A stretch of 62,736 bases of DNA, counting the filler, from an uncultured Thermoplasmatales archaeon (GTDB lineage: Archaea; Thermoplasmatota; E2; DHVEG-1), in the NCBI GenBank assembly GCA_964517155.1. It is 3 parts of 3 records of this genome, joined end to end, with 100 filler letters (N's around TTAATTAATTAA, not from the genome) between each part and the next. Parts side by side here need not be neighbours in the genome. Positions count along the whole stretch, not along the records: positions 40,707 to 62,736 come from CAZFAZ010000028.1; 2 more parts are not named here. One strand, written 5' to 3'. The position numbers and the translations under genes were made by a program. Below are positions 59,441 to 62,736 of the stretch, one piece after another (position 1 is the first letter of the stretch; every line of letters begins with the position of its first letter). The notes under the pieces are model-generated. The model had not been told where the DNA came from and searched no databases. It saw only the letters and a program-made list of their open reading frames with translations.

Positions 59441-61204
59441 ATGAATAAAAACACTTACATATTAAGTTTTAAACCCGCAGGTACTTTGACAATTCCTGAT
59501 GTACATGACCCTAGTGCCGTTTTATGTAAAAATGGTAAAATTGTTGCAGGTGTTGAAGAGGAAAGATTAAACAGAATAAAGCATTCGGTGGACTGTTTTC
59601 CATTTAACAGCATCAGATATTGTTTAGATCATGAAAACGTTAATCTTTCAGATTTAGAAAAAATAATAATTCCAGATGACCCTGAACTTTTTAAGAAGGA
59701 CGCGTATGGCTTTTGGAATCTTAAAAGAATTGGTTATAAAAGATACATAAAAAAACATTATAAAAATGAATGTGGAACCCTTAACCCCGTTTCATACTAT
59801 GTATTAAAAGAAAAGGCTATGAGACAACGTATTTTGTTATTTCTTAAAAGCTATTTTGGTGACCAGGAATATCCAAACTTAGAATTTATGGGCCACCATT
59901 TGTCTCATGCCGCCAGTTGTTTTTTTCCATCTGGTTTTAACAACGCTGCCATTTTATCAATCGATGGCGTTGGAGATTTCGATTCAACTGTTATTTGGAG
60001 TTATGACGATGAAGATTTCCACAGAGAATATACCTGTAAATTGGATAATAGTTTAGGTTATTTTTATGGAGCTTTTACTGTTCTTTTAGGTTTTAGATTC
60101 TGTAATGGTGAAAGTAAAGTAATGGGTCTTGCACCTTATGGTGAAAAAAATAAGGATATTTTTAATGTTTTTGACGAAATAATTAAGACCGATCTGGAAG
60201 GGTATGATGTTAGCGAAATTTCAATTCCTATGATTTATGGGACAGAAGTTGCAGTTAAGAGAATTGAGGATTTGTTTGGAATAAAAAGAAGACTTTCAAC
60301 ACAGCCTTTCACAAAAGATCACAAAGATCTTGCATATGCTTTACAATTTTATCTAGAAAAGATTTCACTTAATTTGGTAAAACAGGCCATTGATTTAACT
60401 GGAGAAAGCAATGTTTGCCTATCTGGAGGAGTCACGTTAAATTGTAAGATGAATAAAAAAATAATGGAGTTAGATCAGGTAAAAGATCTTTTCATCCAGC
60501 CTGTGGCCCATGATGCAGGGCTTGCTATTGGTGCTGCTTTATATCAGAGCAGTAAATTGGGCTTTGATGTAAAGTTTAAAATGAAACATAATTATTTTGG
60601 GCCTTGTTATGATGCTAAAATAATCGAAGATACACTTAATCAACGTAAAATTAGGTATTCTAAAGTAAATTCTTTAAAACAGATAGCAAATGCAATTGCT
60701 AATGGAAAGTTTATCGGTTGGTTTCAAGGGAACATGGAAATGGGCCCTAGGGCTCTTGGAAATAGAAGTATCTTATGTGATCCGCGGAGGGAGGATTTAA
60801 AAGATAAGCTTAATGAATTTGTTAAACATCGGGAGAAATGGAGGCCGTATGCTCCAAGTATCTTAGAGGAGTATGCCGATGATTTTATTGAAAATTACAA
60901 AGTATCTTCTCTTTTTATGATTAAAACATTTGATGTAAAACAAAAGCATATAAATAGTATTAAAGGAGTGCTTCATCCAAAAGATCTAACTACAAGACCT
61001 CATGTAGTTAATAAAGATGTAAACCCTAATTATTACGAGTTAATAGATGAATTTAGAAAACTTACAGGTGTTCCGTTAGTTCTTAATACAAGTTTTAATG
61101 ATCATGGCGAACCAATTGTATGTACACCCCATGATGCAGTTGAAGTATTTTATAGTACAGGTTTGGATATTTTAGTTATGGATAAATACATGATAGAAAA
61201 ATAA
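59441..61204 (+). CDS. NodU/CmcH family O-carbamoyltransferase
   Basis: HDPSA, EEERLNRIKH, HHLSHA, IDGVGD, KVMGLAPYG, GPRALGNRSIL, LNTSFN..GEPIV. Confidence 0.95.
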   Translation: MNKNTYILSFKPAGTLTIPDVHDPSAVLCKNGKIVAGVEEERLNRIKHSVDCFPFNSIRYCLDHENVNLSDLEKIIIPDDPELFKKDAYGFWNLKRIGYKRYIKKHYKNECGTLNPVSYYVLKEKAMRQRILLFLKSYFGDQEYPNLEFMGHHLSHAASCFFPSGFNNAAILSIDGVGDFDSTVIWSYDDEDFHREYTCKLDNSLGYFYGAFTVLLGFRFCNGESKVMGLAPYGEKNKDIFNVFDEIIKTDLEGYDVSEISIPMIYGTEVAVKRIEDLFGIKRRLSTQPFTKDHKDLAYALQFYLEKISLNLVKQAIDLTGESNVCLSGGVTLNCKMNKKIMELDQVKDLFIQPVAHDAGLAIGAALYQSSKLGFDVKFKMKHNYFGPCYDAKIIEDTLNQRKIRYSKVNSLKQIANAIANGKFIGWFQGNMEMGPRALGNRSILCDPRREDLKDKLNEFVKHREKWRPYAPSILEEYADDFIENYKVSSLFMIKTFDVKQKHINSIKGVLHPKDLTTRPHVVNKDVNPNYYELIDEFRKLTGVPLVLNTSFNDHGEPIVCTPHDAVEVFYSTGLDILVMDKYMIEK

Positions 61205-61220
61205 ACAGGTTGATATTGTT

Positions 61221-62003
61221 GTGACTTCAGAGAAACCAAAATATGAATACTATGGAATCAGGATAATCATTTTTAGATTTTTACTAATCGAATTTTTATC
61301 GATAATGGTTTTTATTTTCGGCTATTTTTTAAAAAATTATTTTTTTGAGATGATTTCAATCATTGGCTTTACTTTAGGTTTTTATATTATATTTTCAAAT
61401 GTATTGGGGATGTTTTCGCTTATAACTCCAAATAAAAAAAATGATGAAATATTAAAAAAGATGGTATTATCTTTAGATATTAAAGGAAATGAGAATGTTT
61501 TAGATGCTGGTTGTGGAAGAGGTAGAATTAGTAATTTAATTGCAAAAAACCTTACAAACGGTAGAGTGATCGGAATTGACAGCTGTAGTGGTATAATAGC
61601 ATCTAAAGATGTAATTGTAAAAGCTAGAATTAACTCAAAGATTGAGAAAGTTGATGAAAAAACCGATTTTTTGAGAGCAGATATTTTAGAAATCCCTTTT
61701 GAATCAAATAAGTTTGATGTTGTTATTTGCAACAGCGTTCTAGATTATTTCACAAATCAAAAATTGGTTGAGAAAGCATTAAAAGAGCTAAAAAGGGTAT
61801 TGAAACCGGATGGAAAACTTATGGTTTTAGAACTTGTAAGAAGTTTTAGGGGTTTTTTAATTTTAACACCTTTTTTCGTATATAAACTTAAATCAAAAGA
61901 AAAATGGGAACGTATTATCTCAAAACTAGATTTTAAATTAATTCAGACTTTTTCTGACAGAGGAAGAGTAATTTTTGTATTCAAAAACAATAAAAACAAT
62001 TAA
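61221..62003 (+). CDS. Class I SAM-dependent methyltransferase with two N-terminal TM helices
   Basis: VLDAGCGRG, IPFESNKFDVV, RVLKPDG. Confidence 0.88.
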   Translation: MTSEKPKYEYYGIRIIIFRFLLIEFLSIMVFIFGYFLKNYFFEMISIIGFTLGFYIIFSNVLGMFSLITPNKKNDEILKKMVLSLDIKGNENVLDAGCGRGRISNLIAKNLTNGRVIGIDSCSGIIASKDVIVKARINSKIEKVDEKTDFLRADILEIPFESNKFDVVICNSVLDYFTNQKLVEKALKELKRVLKPDGKLMVLELVRSFRGFLILTPFFVYKLKSKEKWERIISKLDFKLIQTFSDRGRVIFVFKNNKNN

Positions 62004-62031
62004 ATTACTAATAATGCTTGGAAGATATAAT

Positions 62032-62736
62032 ATGGAGAATGTATTTATTTATGTGGAGGGATGTGAACGAAGAGTTCTAGATGCAAAAAGAATTTTTGAA
62101 TATTTTAAAATAAACAATTTTAAAATTGTATATAAACCCAAAAATGCAGATATAATTATTTACGTGAGCTGTGCTGTTTTTTGTGACGATGTTAAAGCTG
62201 CTATCAAAAAAGTCAAATATTTTCAGAGATATGATGCGGAGCTTATTGTTGCAGGGTGTCTTCCAGAGATGGAAAAAAAGGAGTTATCTAAAATTTTTAA
62301 TGGGCGAGTTTTATCCACAAAAAATATTGATAGACTAGATGAATTATTTCCAGAAAACAAAATAAGTTTTAAAGATTTAAAAGATGCAAATCTCTCTTAT
62401 GTAAATAAAAATCAAAATAGCATGGTTGGTTCTTTAAAATGGATACTTCAATCTTCAAAGAGTTTAGAAAAATTGTCAATTAGTTTTATGAACTATGTAC
62501 TTAAAAAACTTCTCGACGAAAACTCAGTTATTTACAGAATATTCATAAAAGATGAAATATTCCAAATCAGAATTTCTTGGGGTTGTTCATGTAATTGTAC
62601 ATATTGTACCATCCCTTTGGCTATAGGAGATCATGTGAGTAAACCTCTTGAAGAATGTCTTTCTGAGTTTAAAAAAGGACTTAAACAGGGTTATACTCAT
62701 TTTGTTTTGACTGCAGATGACACAGGAGCTTATGGG
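62032..62736 (+). CDS. Methylthiotransferase-like (MiaB/RimO/MtaB family) radical SAM protein, runs off the window end
   Basis: Manual translation: GCERR..D, ADIIIYVSCAV, IVAGCLP, ISWGCSCNCTYCTIP, SKP, DTGAYG. Confidence 0.85.
   Translation, partial: MENVFIYVEGCERRVLDAKRIFEYFKINNFKIVYKPKNADIIIYVSCAVFCDDVKAAIKKVKYFQRYDAELIVAGCLPEMEKKELSKIFNGRVLSTKNIDRLDELFPENKISFKDLKDANLSYVNKNQNSMVGSLKWILQSSKSLEKLSISFMNYVLKKLLDENSVIYRIFIKDEIFQIRISWGCSCNCTYCTIPLAIGDHVSKPLEECLSEFKKGLKQGYTHFVLTADDTGAYG

Overview
Archaeal genomic DNA, mostly AT-rich. Gene content (aTrm56 plus HD gene, arcTGT, phosphopantothenate synthetase, class II HMG-CoA reductase, ftsZ-secE-spt5-rpl11, Tes-family radical SAM, DUF11/PKD secreted proteins) suggests a Thermoplasmata lineage such as MBG-D/Thermoprofundales; this is inference. 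The window is three contigs joined by artificial N44-TTAATTAATTAA-N44 linkers (23678-23777, 40607-40706), so adjacency across those points is uncertain. It holds two tRNAs, housekeeping genes, hypF/hypC/hypD, two toxin-antitoxin pairs and a sugar-modification cluster at the right end. Main observations: (1) an integrase-less tandem array of small cassettes (Fic; antitoxin-MazF) behind tRNA-Leu, each closed by a 39-bp repeat built from the tRNA 3' end plus a palindrome; (2) a second, unrelated gene-plus-repeat arrangement (serpin and an orphan ORF, 36-bp perfect direct repeats); (3) a 2.4-kaa secreted protein whose ~1,680-residue coiled coil appears to be an antiparallel hairpin inserted in an Ig-like domain, with matched 147-aa duplications in both arms; (4) a Tes homolog lacking the N-terminal auxiliary Fe-S cysteine motif; (5) up to three genes that appear to start at ATA; (6) an RtcB mini-intein ending Ser-Asn. 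All family calls come from motif recognition by eye, not database searches.
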